Below, piece by piece: positions 49,160-60,451 of a stretch of DNA of 64,000 nucleotides. Origin of the DNA: Patescibacteria group bacterium (lineage in GTDB: Bacteria > Patescibacteriota > Patescibacteriia > PEXW01); contig JBAYJA010000001.1 of NCBI GenBank assembly GCA_041665345.1, positions 265,206 through 329,205 on the forward strand, in the 5' to 3' direction. How positions within the stretch are numbered: the stretch's first letter is position 1; each line of letters begins with the position of its first letter. Position numbers and translations under genes: made by a program. Below the pieces are notes generated by a model that did no database searches, was not told the DNA's origin, and worked only from the letters and a program-made list of their open reading frames with translations.

Positions 49160-49417
49160 ATGGAGAAAAATCCACAATCACAAGGTTTCTGGCATGCTCT
49201 GGGCATTGCCTGGGAACTGGGGTACGTCATCGCCATTCCCATTGTTATTTTCGCCCTGGGTGGGCGTTTGCTGGATAAGCATTTTGGCACGTCACCATGG
49301 CTCTTCCTTGCAGGCGTTTTGGTCTCCATCGCCCTAACCTCCATTGGTCTAGTCTGGAAGTTTAAGAAGCTCATCAAATCTCTGGAACCGCCAGTCGAAC
49401 CTCCAAAGAAACTGTAA
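49160..49417 (+). CDS. AtpZ/AtpI family protein
   Basis: ELGYVIAIP...GRLLDKHFGTSPW; first gene of the atp operon. Confidence 0.85.
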   Translation: MEKNPQSQGFWHALGIAWELGYVIAIPIVIFALGGRLLDKHFGTSPWLFLAGVLVSIALTSIGLVWKFKKLIKSLEPPVEPPKKL

Positions 49418-49421
49418 ACAC

Positions 49422-50168
49422 ATGGCCGCAGAAGTATCACTAGCCGCAGAAACCGTGTTCCACCTTGGGCCCCTACCCGTGAGCAACAGTTTGCTGACGA
49501 CCTGGGTGGTTGTCGCCCTGGTGATCATTGGCGCCTTGCTGCTTCGCCGCAAAGTGAAAACCATACCTCATGGTTTGCAAAATTTGGTGGAAGCCATGTT
49601 TGATGGAGCGTTGGGGATTATGGACTCAGTAACGCAGGATCGAAAGCAGTCGGAGAAGTTCTTCCCGTTTGTCTTCACGCTTTTCCTGTTCATTCTCATT
49701 GGCAACTGGTTGGGGCTCATGCCCGGGGTGGGTACTATTGGCTTTAACGAAATCCACGACGGCCACGAGCTCTTCGTGCCGCTCTTCCGTGGGCCAGCTG
49801 CGGACCTGAACTTCACCTTGGCACTTGCGCTCATTTCCGTGGTTGCCACGCAGGTCATTGCCGTGTTCACTATTGGGTTCATGAAGCACCTGAAGAAGTA
49901 CGTGAACTTCAAAGACCCCATCATGGGTTTCGTGGGTGCGTTGGAAGGTATGTCCGAGTTCGCGAAGATTCTCTCCTTCAGCTTCCGGTTGTTCGGCAAC
50001 GTTTTTGCCGGAGAAGTGTTACTCATTGTCATTGGGCTCATCATCCCATTCCTGGTGCCCGTGCCTTTCCTCTTCCTGGAAATTTTTGTTGGGTTTATTC
50101 AGGCATTCATTTTTGCAATGTTGACCCTGGTGTTCTTGAAAGTTGCAACTGCTGTCCATGAACACTAA
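49422..50168 (+). CDS. atpB: ATP synthase F0 subunit a
   Basis: SFSFRLFGN.FAGE and IQAFIF motifs. Confidence 0.97.
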   Translation: MAAEVSLAAETVFHLGPLPVSNSLLTTWVVVALVIIGALLLRRKVKTIPHGLQNLVEAMFDGALGIMDSVTQDRKQSEKFFPFVFTLFLFILIGNWLGLMPGVGTIGFNEIHDGHELFVPLFRGPAADLNFTLALALISVVATQVIAVFTIGFMKHLKKYVNFKDPIMGFVGALEGMSEFAKILSFSFRLFGNVFAGEVLLIVIGLIIPFLVPVPFLFLEIFVGFIQAFIFAMLTLVFLKVATAVHEH

Positions 50169-50282
50169 GTTGTAGTGGTGAAATGTGAGTGAATGAGCAT
50201 TCTCGTTCCGTCACATTTCGTCACTAAGTGTCTCTGCCGCACCGACGTTAAACTCCAAACCTCGTCGTGTGCCAGGAGATGA

Positions 50283-50522
<240 letters not shown>

Positions 50523-50588
50523 GTATCCCTGACGTTTGGGAGCTGACCCACGTCTGCTCCCAGGGCTAGTGATTCATAACTTATCCGT

Positions 50589-51092
50589 ATGGAAGAACTC
50601 GTCAAAAAATTCGGCATCGAACCCACACTCCTCTTAGCGCAGGTCATCAACTTTGGCCTGGTGCTATTCGTGCTGTGGAAATTTGCCTACAAGCCCGTGC
50701 TGAAAATTATGCGCGAGCGTCGGGAGAAAATTGCCAAGAGCTTGGATGATGCCAAAGCCGTGGAGCAGAAGTTAGCTGAAGCTGAGGAGCTGAAGAAAGT
50801 GAAGCTGAAGGAAGCCCGAACTGAGGCGCAGGCGTTAATGGAAGCCACGTCTGTTGAAAGCGAGCGCTACCGCCAGGAACGGTTGAAGGAAATTGAAGCA
50901 GAGATGCAGCAGCATCGCGTGCAGGCTCAGGCGCAAATGCAGGCGGAGAAAGCGCAGGCCATGCAAGAAGCAAAAGCAGAATTGGTGAACCTGGTGATGA
51001 GCGCTACGCAGAAGGTGGTTCCCAGCGGGGTGGCCAAGGACTTGGATAAGAAACTCGTTGCTGAGGCAGTAGAGGAAAGTCAGAAATCTTAA
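50589..51092 (+). CDS. atpF: ATP synthase F0 subunit b
   Basis: AQVINF..L..LWKFAYKP...ERREKI. Confidence 0.95.
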   Translation: MEELVKKFGIEPTLLLAQVINFGLVLFVLWKFAYKPVLKIMRERREKIAKSLDDAKAVEQKLAEAEELKKVKLKEARTEAQALMEATSVESERYRQERLKEIEAEMQQHRVQAQAQMQAEKAQAMQEAKAELVNLVMSATQKVVPSGVAKDLDKKLVAEAVEESQKS

Positions 51093-51094
51093 GT

Positions 51095-51496
51095 ATGCGC
51101 AAAGCCTCCATTCGCCAGTACGCCGAAGCCTACCTGGGTGCTGCCAAAGCTGCCCCAGCGGCTGAGCGTGAGGAGATTGCAGGTCGCCTGATTCACGTCC
51201 TTGCCCGGCAGCGGCAGCTACGCTTGGTACCCAGGATTGCCGCGGAACTGGAACGGCTAATTGCCGAGCAGGGCGGGCCAGTAGTGGTGAAGGTTCGCAG
51301 CGCCAAAGCGTTAACCGCAACCGAAGATGCAGCCTTGGCAAAAAATCTGGAAACCAGCTTGAAGCGAAAAGTAAAACTCCGCCATATACATGAACCGAAG
51401 CTCATCGCTGGAGTGAAAATCCAAGTGGGGGATCAGTTGATTGATAGCTCTGTTTCCAGCCGGTTCGCCAGCCTCAAAGCGCACCTTTTACAATAA
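51095..51496 (+). CDS. atpH: ATP synthase F1 subunit delta (short)
   Basis: YAEA, RSAKAL and LIAGVKIQVGD..IDSS motifs. Confidence 0.93.
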   Translation: MRKASIRQYAEAYLGAAKAAPAAEREEIAGRLIHVLARQRQLRLVPRIAAELERLIAEQGGPVVVKVRSAKALTATEDAALAKNLETSLKRKVKLRHIHEPKLIAGVKIQVGDQLIDSSVSSRFASLKAHLLQ

Positions 51497-51497
51497 T

Positions 51498-51684
51498 TTC
51501 TCAGCCACTTCAGTGGCGTTGCAAATTAACAAGCAACCCGACTAAAGTCGGTGAGAAGAATGGAGTAGAGACTTTAGTCTCTTGGGTGGGTAGGCGAGGT
51601 CCCTTGACCTCGCCTCGCGGAGGACGCCCGGGTCAAGGGACCCGGGCTACCCACTAGAGTGTAAGAGGCTAAAGCCTCTACTCC
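51498..51684. repeat. Cluster of nested REP-like palindromes
   Basis: Pair TTCTCAGCCACTTCAGTGGCGTT/AACCCGACTAAAGTCGGTGAGAA; GGAGTAGAGACTTTAGTCTCT...AGAGGCTAAAGCCTCTACTCC encloses the GTAG-REP doublet at 51588-51652. Confidence 0.8.
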
Positions 51685-52048
51685 GAGAGAAAAAACAAAA
51701 AGCGCCTTGATACAATCGCAGCGCATTAGAAAGAGAATGGTATTTTAAGATTCCTGAAGAGGTCGCCTAAAGAGAACCCGTTTTACACAATTCTGTGTTT
51801 CCCAGGCGGCAAACGCTTCCCACCCCTCCTTGCCAAGTACGTTCATATTCATTTCCAGTTTTTGTCCTTCTAATAATGGTTCTCTGTCGACAAAGACCTT
51901 ATACTCCCATTTCTTTGTAGGCATTTTTCCCTCATTTGTTAAAGATTCGGTTTAAGCATTCACTTTATTCTGCTGTTATCATACTGTCAACCCCCTGAAG
52001 CGAACCGCTAGGCGCGAAAAACCCTTTCGCCCCTGACCCATCTCTTCA
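51685..52048. mobile_element. Repeat-bounded cassette 1 in the atp operon
   Basis: Left end 51685-51725 and right end 51995-52048 are shared with cassette 2. Confidence 0.6.
51745..51924 (-). CDS. DUF4177-like 59-aa protein (below the ORF-track cut-off)
   Basis: MPTKKWEYKVFVDREPLLEGQKLEMNMNVLGKEGWEAFAAWETQNCVKRVLFRRPLQES; GAGGG SD; TTGACA-17-TAAAGT. Confidence 0.8.
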   Translation of the reverse strand: MPTKKWEYKVFVDREPLLEGQKLEMNMNVLGKEGWEAFAAWETQNCVKRVLFRRPLQES

Positions 52049-52108
52049 TCAATAAATTTATTACAATTCGCGCAGGCAGAGACACCTGCGCTCGGACAAT
52101 GAAAATAT

Positions 52109-53596
52109 ATGCCGCATACAATCGTCGACGTTCTCAAAACCCAGCTCCAGTCCTACACCGCTAAAGCCACCACGGCCACGGTTGGCCACGTCATTGACGT
52201 AGGCGACGGCATTGCCCGAGTAGAAGGCCTGAGCAATGTGCAGTCCAGTGAAAAAGTCACCTTTGCGTCTGGCGCAACCGGCGTGGCATTGAACTTGGAA
52301 GAGGATACCGTGGGTGTGATGATTCTCAATGGCGCCACGCTTGTTTCCGAAGGTGAAGAAGTCCGGGGCACGGGGCAGGTCATGTCCGTCCCAGTAGGTG
52401 ATGCTTTGGTTGGCCGGGTGGTGAATCCCTTGGGTGATCCGATTGACGGCAAAGGCGCGATCAAGGGTGCAGAGCTGTACCCCGTGGAGCGCGTGGCACC
52501 TGGCGTCATTACGCGTGAAGGCGTGAAGCAGCCCCTGCAAACTGGCATCAAAGCCATTGACGCACTCATCCCCATTGGCCGTGGGCAGCGTGAGCTCATC
52601 ATTGGTGACCGGCAGACCGGCAAAACCGCCATTGCCATTGATACGATCATCAACCAGAAGGGGACAGGCGTCACCTGCATCTACGTGGCCATTGGGCAAA
52701 AAGCCTCCAAGATCGCGCGCATTGTGGCGGAATTGGAAAAGCACGGTGCCATGGCGCACACAATCATCGTCCTGGCCAGCGCGTCAGACCCCGCTGCCCT
52801 CTCTTTCCTTTCACCATACGCCGGCTGCGCCATGGGTGAGTACTTCATGGCCAAAGGCAAAGATGCATTGGTCATTTACGACGACCTGTCCAAGCACGCA
52901 TGGGCGTACCGCCAAATTTCTCTGCTCCTCCGCCGACCCCCAGGCCGCGAAGCCTACCCTGGAGATATTTTTTACCTGCACTCTCGCTTGCTGGAGCGCG
53001 CGGCAAAAATGAGCAAAGAGAACGGTGGTGGCTCACTCACAGCCTTGCCGATTATTGAAACGCAGGCCGGGGACATGAGCGCCTACATTCCCACCAACGT
53101 CATTTCCATTACCGACGGACAGATCATTCTGGAATCCGATTTGTTCTACCAAGGCCAACGTCCAGCCTTAAACGTTGGATTGTCTGTCTCCCGCGTGGGT
53201 TCCAGTGCTCAGGTGAAAGCCATGAAGAAGGTGGCCGGGAAGCTCCGTTTGGACATGGCGCAGTACCGCGAACTCGCAGCCTTTGCCCAGTTCGGTTCGG
53301 ATTTGGATGATGCCACCAAGCAGCAGTTGGAGCGCGGCAAGCGCACGGCTGAATTGCTAAAGCAGGGGATTGGCCAGCCCATGCCCGTGTCGGAGCAAGT
53401 AGCCGTGCTCTACGCCGTTACCCAAGGGCACGTGGACAAAGTTGAAGTGGAAAACGTCCAAGCCTGGGAAAAAGCTTTTGTGAAAATGCTCCGCAGCACA
53501 GGCAGCAAATGGCTGAAAGAGATTGAGACCAAAGGTGAATTGACCCCAGCACTTGAAGCACAGTTGAAAACCCTTCTGCAGAACTTTTCAATGTAA
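52109..53596 (+). CDS. atpA: ATP synthase F1 subunit alpha
   Basis: [18 protein letters not shown] and SVSRVG motifs. Confidence 0.99.
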   Translation: MPHTIVDVLKTQLQSYTAKATTATVGHVIDVGDGIARVEGLSNVQSSEKVTFASGATGVALNLEEDTVGVMILNGATLVSEGEEVRGTGQVMSVPVGDALVGRVVNPLGDPIDGKGAIKGAELYPVERVAPGVITREGVKQPLQTGIKAIDALIPIGRGQRELIIGDRQTGKTAIAIDTIINQKGTGVTCIYVAIGQKASKIARIVAELEKHGAMAHTIIVLASASDPAALSFLSPYAGCAMGEYFMAKGKDALVIYDDLSKHAWAYRQISLLLRRPPGREAYPGDIFYLHSRLLERAAKMSKENGGGSLTALPIIETQAGDMSAYIPTNVISITDGQIILESDLFYQGQRPALNVGLSVSRVGSSAQVKAMKKVAGKLRLDMAQYRELAAFAQFGSDLDDATKQQLERGKRTAELLKQGIGQPMPVSEQVAVLYAVTQGHVDKVEVENVQAWEKAFVKMLRSTGSKWLKEIETKGELTPALEAQLKTLLQNFSM

Positions 53597-53598
53597 AC

Positions 53599-54495
53599 AT
53601 GGCCAGTACCCGCGACATTCGGCGGCGGATCAAGTCCGTCGGCAATACCAAGAAGATCACCAAAGCCATGGAACTGGTGGCGGCGTCCAAGATGCGTCGC
53701 GCCGTGCAGCAGGCGTTGATGACCCGCGCCTACGCCAAGGCCGCCTGGGACGTCCTCACGAATGTCAGCGCCGTGACCAATCGTGACCTGCACCCGCTGC
53801 TGGTGGAACGCCCCGTCCAAAAAGCCGCGGTGATTGTCATAAGCTCAGACCGGGGTTTGGCGGGTGGTTTGAACGCAAACATTGTGCGGCAGACCATGGA
53901 GGTTGTGCAGAAGCAAGCGGTGCAGGTGGATTTGATTACCGTTGGGACTAAAGCCGCGGACGCTCTGCGTCGGTTGAATGCGAACATCGTTGCCGCCTTT
54001 CCCAACGCGCACGCCCACCCAACCGTGGCCGACCTACAACCAATTGTAAAAATTGCCATTGATGATTACGTCGCCGGCGTGTACGACAAGATTTTCGTGG
54101 TGTACACAGACTTCATTTCCACCCTCAACCAGAAAGCGCGGGCACGGCAAATACTTCCCATCCGGAAGCAGGATTTGAAAGAAGTCTTGGACGATACGCA
54201 GCACGTGGTATTGGATAAAGAGCTGGAAGGTTTTCAAAACCCTTACCTGTTTGAACCCAACGCGGATGCCGTACTGGAGAAAATGCTGCGGAACTTGGTG
54301 ACCAGCCAGCTGTACCAAGTGGTGCTGGAATCGTTAGCCTCAGAACATGCGGCGCGGATGGTCGCCATGCGTAACGCCACGGACGCAGCTGAAGAGCTTA
54401 TCGACGATCTCAACCTTACCTACAACCAAGCTCGCCAAGCCGGAATCACCCGCGAAATCGCGGAAATCTCTGCGGGCAGAGCAGCGTTGGAGTAA
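53599..54495 (+). CDS. atpG: ATP synthase F1 subunit gamma
   Basis: ITKAMELVAASK, SDRGLAG, SEHAARM.AM and RQAGITREI motifs. Confidence 0.98.
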   Translation: MASTRDIRRRIKSVGNTKKITKAMELVAASKMRRAVQQALMTRAYAKAAWDVLTNVSAVTNRDLHPLLVERPVQKAAVIVISSDRGLAGGLNANIVRQTMEVVQKQAVQVDLITVGTKAADALRRLNANIVAAFPNAHAHPTVADLQPIVKIAIDDYVAGVYDKIFVVYTDFISTLNQKARARQILPIRKQDLKEVLDDTQHVVLDKELEGFQNPYLFEPNADAVLEKMLRNLVTSQLYQVVLESLASEHAARMVAMRNATDAAEELIDDLNLTYNQARQAGITREIAEISAGRAALE

Positions 54496-54504
54496 CCCCT
54501 CTTT

Positions 54505-54588
54505 TGTCATCCTGAGTCTTCGAAGGATCCTTCTGGAAGCACGTACTTGAGTAGCAAGATCCTTCGTCGAAGACTCCTCAGGATGACA
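54505..54588. repeat. TGTCATCCTGAG...CTCAGGATGACA palindromic element
   Basis: Same family as the copies at 36570 and 48047. Confidence 0.85.
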
Positions 54589-54589
54589 A

Positions 54590-54934
54590 GAGAGAAAAAT
54601 AAAAAGCGCCTTGATACAATCGCAGCGCAACGGAATTACACACTGTATTTTTCTAGGGATTTAGCTGCAAATTTAGTGATGATGCTACCTATTATCATCA
54701 TGAGCATCATTTTCCCTAGAGTAAGATCGCTGTTCCCGAAGATGTAGACAAATGGGGGAACAATGAGTAACCCCAACCCTGTTAAAAGCAAGTACATTCT
54801 AAACATTTTCAACCTCGATTTTTCTTTGTCTGGTAGTATATACCTAGCATTGAAAGTCCACCATGTCAACTAATATATCTCTGAAGCGAACCGCTAGGTG
54901 CGAAAGACCCTTTCGCCCCTGACCCATCTCTTCA
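54590..54934. mobile_element. Repeat-bounded cassette 2 in the atp operon
   Basis: Left end 54590-54629 and right end 54881-54934 match cassette 1; right ends are identical at 52 of 54 nt. Confidence 0.6.
54636..54806 (-). CDS. 56-aa two-TM microprotein
   Basis: GAGG SD before ATG 54806 (MFRMYLLLTGLGLLIVPP...); TTGACA upstream. Confidence 0.6.
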   Translation of the reverse strand: MFRMYLLLTGLGLLIVPPFVYIFGNSDLTLGKMMLMMIIGSIITKFAAKSLEKYSV

Positions 54935-54938
54935 CTAA

Positions 54939-56359
<1,421 letters not shown>

Positions 56360-56360
<1 letters not shown>

Positions 56361-56779
56361 TGACCAACCTTCACCTCACCATTACCACCCCAGAACGCAT
56401 TGTCCTCGAAACCGAGGTCAGCAGCGTGAACGTGCCAACTGTGGAAGGGGAGATTGGCGTGCTGGCCAACCACATTCCCTTGGTGTCCATTCTGGCTCCA
56501 GGCGAGCTGCATGCCATTGCTGCTGACGGTATGGAGCAGGTGATGGCCGTGTCTGGTGGTTTTGTGGAAGTGCGGGATAATAAGGTGGTTATCTTGGCAG
56601 ACACTGCGGAAAAAGCTGAGGAGATTGATGAAGCACGAGCCGAAGCCGGTCGCGAAAAAGCACGCCAACTGATGCAAGAACGTGCAACCGATGACGTGGG
56701 CTTTGCTGACGCGCAAGCCGCGCTGGCCAAAGAACTGGCGCGGTTGAAGGTGGTGCGGAAACGGCGGAAGCAGGTGTAG
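56360..56779 (+). CDS. atpC: ATP synthase F1 subunit epsilon
   Basis: ITTPER, GEIGVLANHIP, VSGGF and EEIDEARA motifs. Confidence 0.97.
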
Positions 56780-56950
56780 AAATTTTGCATTATTGAGACA
56801 AGGATAAACCTTGACTTTTTTGTCATTTCCTGTATACTAGTTTGTTCAATTCGCAATTCCGTGGATTGAGCGCAAAAACCAAATGTTTACCTACTGGATA
56901 TGGACTTTGGGTAATACCCAATACCAATTGAAAGAGGTAGAAGGAGTTTT

Positions 56951-57421
56951 ATGTCAACGCGTGTGTACTTTAAAACCAATGAGCTGCCGAAAGGTTTGAC
57001 CTTTCAAAATGATCCAGCACTCTTCTGTTTCCTACTCAATGGGGAAAAAATTGGCTCCTATCTTTCTCTTGAGGGAGGAGGATATTACTGGGAGTTCACA
57101 AATTCGAATTCCCAAAATCCAAATCTCATCCCCGAGCTCTTGCAGAAAATGGTCTCGCACGTCACAATAGTCGACCACATAAGTGATGAAGCGCACCTGG
57201 TGATTTTGGATCCAGGTGAGCATTCCTTTGAAGGGAGTACAGCGTCCGTCCGAAGGAGTTTCGTCATTCCGACTCGCGGAGAACGTTACGATCATATTGA
57301 GATACGCGTCGAAGCGAAGACGCTTGATCAGGCTATCATGCTGTTTCGGGAAATCCTTGCAGGAAGAAAGGCCGAAAAACCTTTCTACAAGCGTCTGCCG
57401 TGGTGGAGACGGCTCGTCTAA
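56951..57421 (+). CDS. Hypothetical protein (orphan cassette)
   Basis: AAGGAG SD; TTGACT...TATACT promoter; terminator. Confidence 0.7.
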   Translation: MSTRVYFKTNELPKGLTFQNDPALFCFLLNGEKIGSYLSLEGGGYYWEFTNSNSQNPNLIPELLQKMVSHVTIVDHISDEAHLVILDPGEHSFEGSTASVRRSFVIPTRGERYDHIEIRVEAKTLDQAIMLFREILAGRKAEKPFYKRLPWWRRLV

Positions 57422-57534
57422 AAAAACCAATCGCAACTTCCAAGCCGGGGAAATCCTTCCTCGGCTTTTTGATGATTGACAAAGAAAGGATGTTTGCCTA
57501 TGGTACAGAAAAACCTACAACGAAAGGATAAACA

Positions 57535-58080
57535 ATGCTTCTTTTACCCAAAGTGCGGTTGAGTCTCATACCGTCGCCACTCATTTTTCTTGTTGGTCCC
57601 ATTGCTTGCGCTCCACCCTGGCATGCTGAGGCAATACATATCCTCCACGAGCTGGCACCGGACGTACACGTGGCTTGCCCAAATCTTCACCCACACGGCA
57701 TTGCAGATAAAGTCGAAGTGGTCCGTCGAGGGGATGGTCCAGATTTCGAAAGCCGGCGAGCGTGGGAGTGGTACTACCTTGAGCACGCAGCGAAACATGG
57801 AGTGATCATGGCCTGGTTACCAACTCCACAGAAGCATGATTGCAACATTGTCTACGGCGCAACCACGAGATTAGAGCTGGGGCAGTGGATGACACGGGCA
57901 TTAATGGATCCAAGTATCAACCTGTGCGTGGGTTCAGACGGCGGCTTCCCGGTTATCAGTGTCATTGCACGTGACTTACTGCAGCACTTGCCGAACAGTA
58001 TTTTGCAGCCAACCTTGCGCGATACATGTGAGCAGGCGGTACGCATGTTAAACATGCAGCGATTCTCGATTGGTACGTAG
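57535..58080 (+). CDS. Nucleoside 2-deoxyribosyltransferase-like protein
   Basis: IFLVGPI...W, VACP, WE..YLE.A and YGATTRLELG patterns. Confidence 0.75.
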   Translation: MLLLPKVRLSLIPSPLIFLVGPIACAPPWHAEAIHILHELAPDVHVACPNLHPHGIADKVEVVRRGDGPDFESRRAWEWYYLEHAAKHGVIMAWLPTPQKHDCNIVYGATTRLELGQWMTRALMDPSINLCVGSDGGFPVISVIARDLLQHLPNSILQPTLRDTCEQAVRMLNMQRFSIGT

Positions 58081-58123
58081 AAGAACATTTCAATAGTATA
58101 GGCATAAAATCTTAGGAGGTAGT

Positions 58124-58342
58124 GTGGAAAAAGCACAAGACTTTTGTCGGTGCAAGCGCGCGTTGACATCATTTGGTTTCTGCATGGGGTGCGGGAAGAA
58201 AGAGCCGCTCTGCTCTTGCGAGATTCTTTCCGATGCAGATCAGCAGATGCGTGCGCAGTGTGAAGCTTTGTTCGCTTCAGAGCATGTACGCGTCCGTGAT
58301 CAGAAGGGATATTTTGGTGATCGGCGCGTCCGCGCATCATGA
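58124..58342 (+). CDS. Small Cys-rich protein
   Basis: AGGAGGT SD with GTG start; CxC, CxxC and CxC motifs. Confidence 0.55.
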   Translation: MEKAQDFCRCKRALTSFGFCMGCGKKEPLCSCEILSDADQQMRAQCEALFASEHVRVRDQKGYFGDRRVRAS

Positions 58343-58463
58343 AGTCATTTGCACTTTCAAGCCCGTTGGGATTCCAGTGGGCTTTTTGTTGCTTTGTCTG
58401 TCCATTTTGCTATACTTTTTTTGAAAATAGAGCATCCCTACTTTTTGGTAAAGGAGAGAGATT

Positions 58464-58616
58464 GTGGAAAAGAGAAAAATGTTCTTAGTCATTGCCTGCT
58501 TGTTCATTGCAGCTGGAACCGCGGGTAAGGCGCTTACCGATAACTCCATCTATATGGTTGGAGTCGGAATCGGTATGGCCATCCTTATTGGCTATTTCAG
58601 ACCAAGATCCATTTGA
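58464..58616 (+). CDS. 50-aa membrane microprotein
   Basis: AAGGAG SD; MEKRKMFLVIACLFIAAGTAGKALTDNSIYMVGVGIGMAILIGYFRPRSI*. Confidence 0.5.
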   Translation: MEKRKMFLVIACLFIAAGTAGKALTDNSIYMVGVGIGMAILIGYFRPRSI

Positions 58617-58751
58617 GGGTAACGACTGCAGCCCTCTGCAAACAGCATGCGCTCTGCTCAACAGGGCGCTTTTTTATACATTCACACCCCCTTCACCACA
58701 TTTTGGTAGAGTCAGGAAGTCGCGACATTCGTTCTTAACCATACACAATCT

Positions 58752-59204
58752 ATGCGAAAGAAGTACGTTGCAGCCGTGCTGTTCACTGCCCTGGGGCTCT
58801 CCATTGCCGGGGTGAGTGCGGCATCAGCGCATGGTTGGGGGTTTGGCCTGGGTGCCAACGCCACACCAGAAGAGGTTGCAGCTCAGCAAACAGAAATGTT
58901 CCAGCACCAAGCTGACATCCTGGGCATAGCCGTGGATAAAGTGAAAGACGGTTGGGCACAGGGGAAGACGCTCTCTGAACTCGCTGATGAAAACAATGTG
59001 AGTGAGGAGCAGTTGCAGACGCGTTTGCAGGAGCAACGCGCAGCACAGCAGAAAGAACGCTTGCAAACTTTAGTCGAACAAAAGGTCATTACGCAGGCGC
59101 AGGCTGATGCGCGGCTGAAGGTCATGGAGGAGAAGTTCAAAAATGCTCCAGCCAAAGGCATGCGGCACGGTATGCGCGGCATGCACGGAGAACTGGGGAT
59201 GTAG
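58752..59204 (+). CDS. Secreted helical protein with a G/M/H-rich tail
   Basis: Signal peptide ending ASA-HG; GKTLSELA and ITQAQAD.R patterns. Confidence 0.8.
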   Translation: MRKKYVAAVLFTALGLSIAGVSAASAHGWGFGLGANATPEEVAAQQTEMFQHQADILGIAVDKVKDGWAQGKTLSELADENNVSEEQLQTRLQEQRAAQQKERLQTLVEQKVITQAQADARLKVMEEKFKNAPAKGMRHGMRGMHGELGM

Positions 59205-59332
59205 GAGTTTGCGGGTGAGGCAAGCGAGCGCTCAGGCATGGGCGCTCGTTTTTGCATATATCCTTGACTAAACCTCAAATAGCAAGTAGGCTCTACTGAA
59301 AATCAAACAACGTCTTTTTCCAAGGAGGATAT

Positions 59333-60187
59333 GTGGAAAGTACGGCAGCGTACTATGACAGCCTGGGCAATGATGCATTGCCGGGCACTGGCTTTGTGGG
59401 CGTTTTTGCAGGCGATCAGCTGCACCCACCCATGGTGGATTCAGAACGTTTGCAAAACCCAATGTTTTGGAAGGAAGGAGTCAAGGCGTCGACTCGCTTA
59501 CTTGCCAACAAGATGTCCCTAGAGCAATCAAGTCTGGTTCTGGATGTGGGTTGCGGTGTTGGTGGTGTGTCTTTGCAGCTCGCCGAAGAGTACCAGTGTT
59601 CCTGCGTGGGAGTGAATACATGCGCAAAGCAGATTGCAACGGCGCAGCAAATTCATGCGGATCGAGGTATTCTTCGTAATTTTTTTGTGCAAGCTGATGC
59701 GTTGGCAATGCCATTTGCAGCTGCACAATTTTCCCAGGTCATGTGCATGAACATGGCGTATCTCGTTCCTGATCATTTTGCCCTCTTTCGGGAGATGGCT
59801 CGGTGCTTGGCTCGCGGTGGGTTCCTGGGATTTGATGATTGGTGCATTACCGATCAAACGACTGAGGATGAGATTGCAGAGCTCCGTACACATTGGTCAT
59901 GCCCAAATGGCTTTCACACCATGGAAGAATACCTGCAAGCCGCGCAGGCAGCTGGGCTACAGGTGCAATGGTCACGTGACTGCCAGAGTATCGGTCAAGA
60001 GCTCTACACTAGTCCCCAGCGCTTCCAGCAGTTTCGGACACTCTACCGCCCCATGGCCATTACGATGTACGGCCAGGAGCGAGGGACACAGGTGATCGAA
60101 GACTTCATTGGCTCATGGACTCGGCTTGGGAAACTCTTTCAAAATAGACATTTTGGTTACTACCAAGTGGTTTTCAAAAAAATGTAA
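59333..60187 (+). CDS. Class I SAM-dependent methyltransferase (sterol/tocopherol MT-like)
   Basis: VLDVGCGVGG, ADA.AMPF and FREMARCL.RGG motifs; AAGGAGG SD. Confidence 0.88.
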   Translation: MESTAAYYDSLGNDALPGTGFVGVFAGDQLHPPMVDSERLQNPMFWKEGVKASTRLLANKMSLEQSSLVLDVGCGVGGVSLQLAEEYQCSCVGVNTCAKQIATAQQIHADRGILRNFFVQADALAMPFAAAQFSQVMCMNMAYLVPDHFALFREMARCLARGGFLGFDDWCITDQTTEDEIAELRTHWSCPNGFHTMEEYLQAAQAAGLQVQWSRDCQSIGQELYTSPQRFQQFRTLYRPMAITMYGQERGTQVIEDFIGSWTRLGKLFQNRHFGYYQVVFKKM

Positions 60188-60250
60188 ACCCTTCAGGCCC
60201 GTTGCAAATACAGCGGGCTTTTTTTTATCCGTAAGGTGTATACTCCAGCC

Positions 60251-60427
60251 ATGGGGCCCAAATTTCTTATCTACCTTTTTCTCAGTGTTAGTTCATTCCT
60301 TGGTGGTTGGATACCAACCTTGTGGGGCGCCAGCGCCTTTGGGATGGTATCAACCCTGGGTGGCCTGATTGGTGGAGGCCTGGGTATCTGGGCAGGGTTC
60401 AAACTTGGCCAGACAATTGGCGGATAA
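60251..60427 (+). CDS. Small Gly-rich membrane protein
   Basis: GGWIPTLWGA...GG.LGIWAGFK; TATACT 6 nt upstream. Confidence 0.7.
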   Translation: MGPKFLIYLFLSVSSFLGGWIPTLWGASAFGMVSTLGGLIGGGLGIWAGFKLGQTIGG

Positions 60428-60451
60428 TTTTTTTCCTAACACCACACGCGT

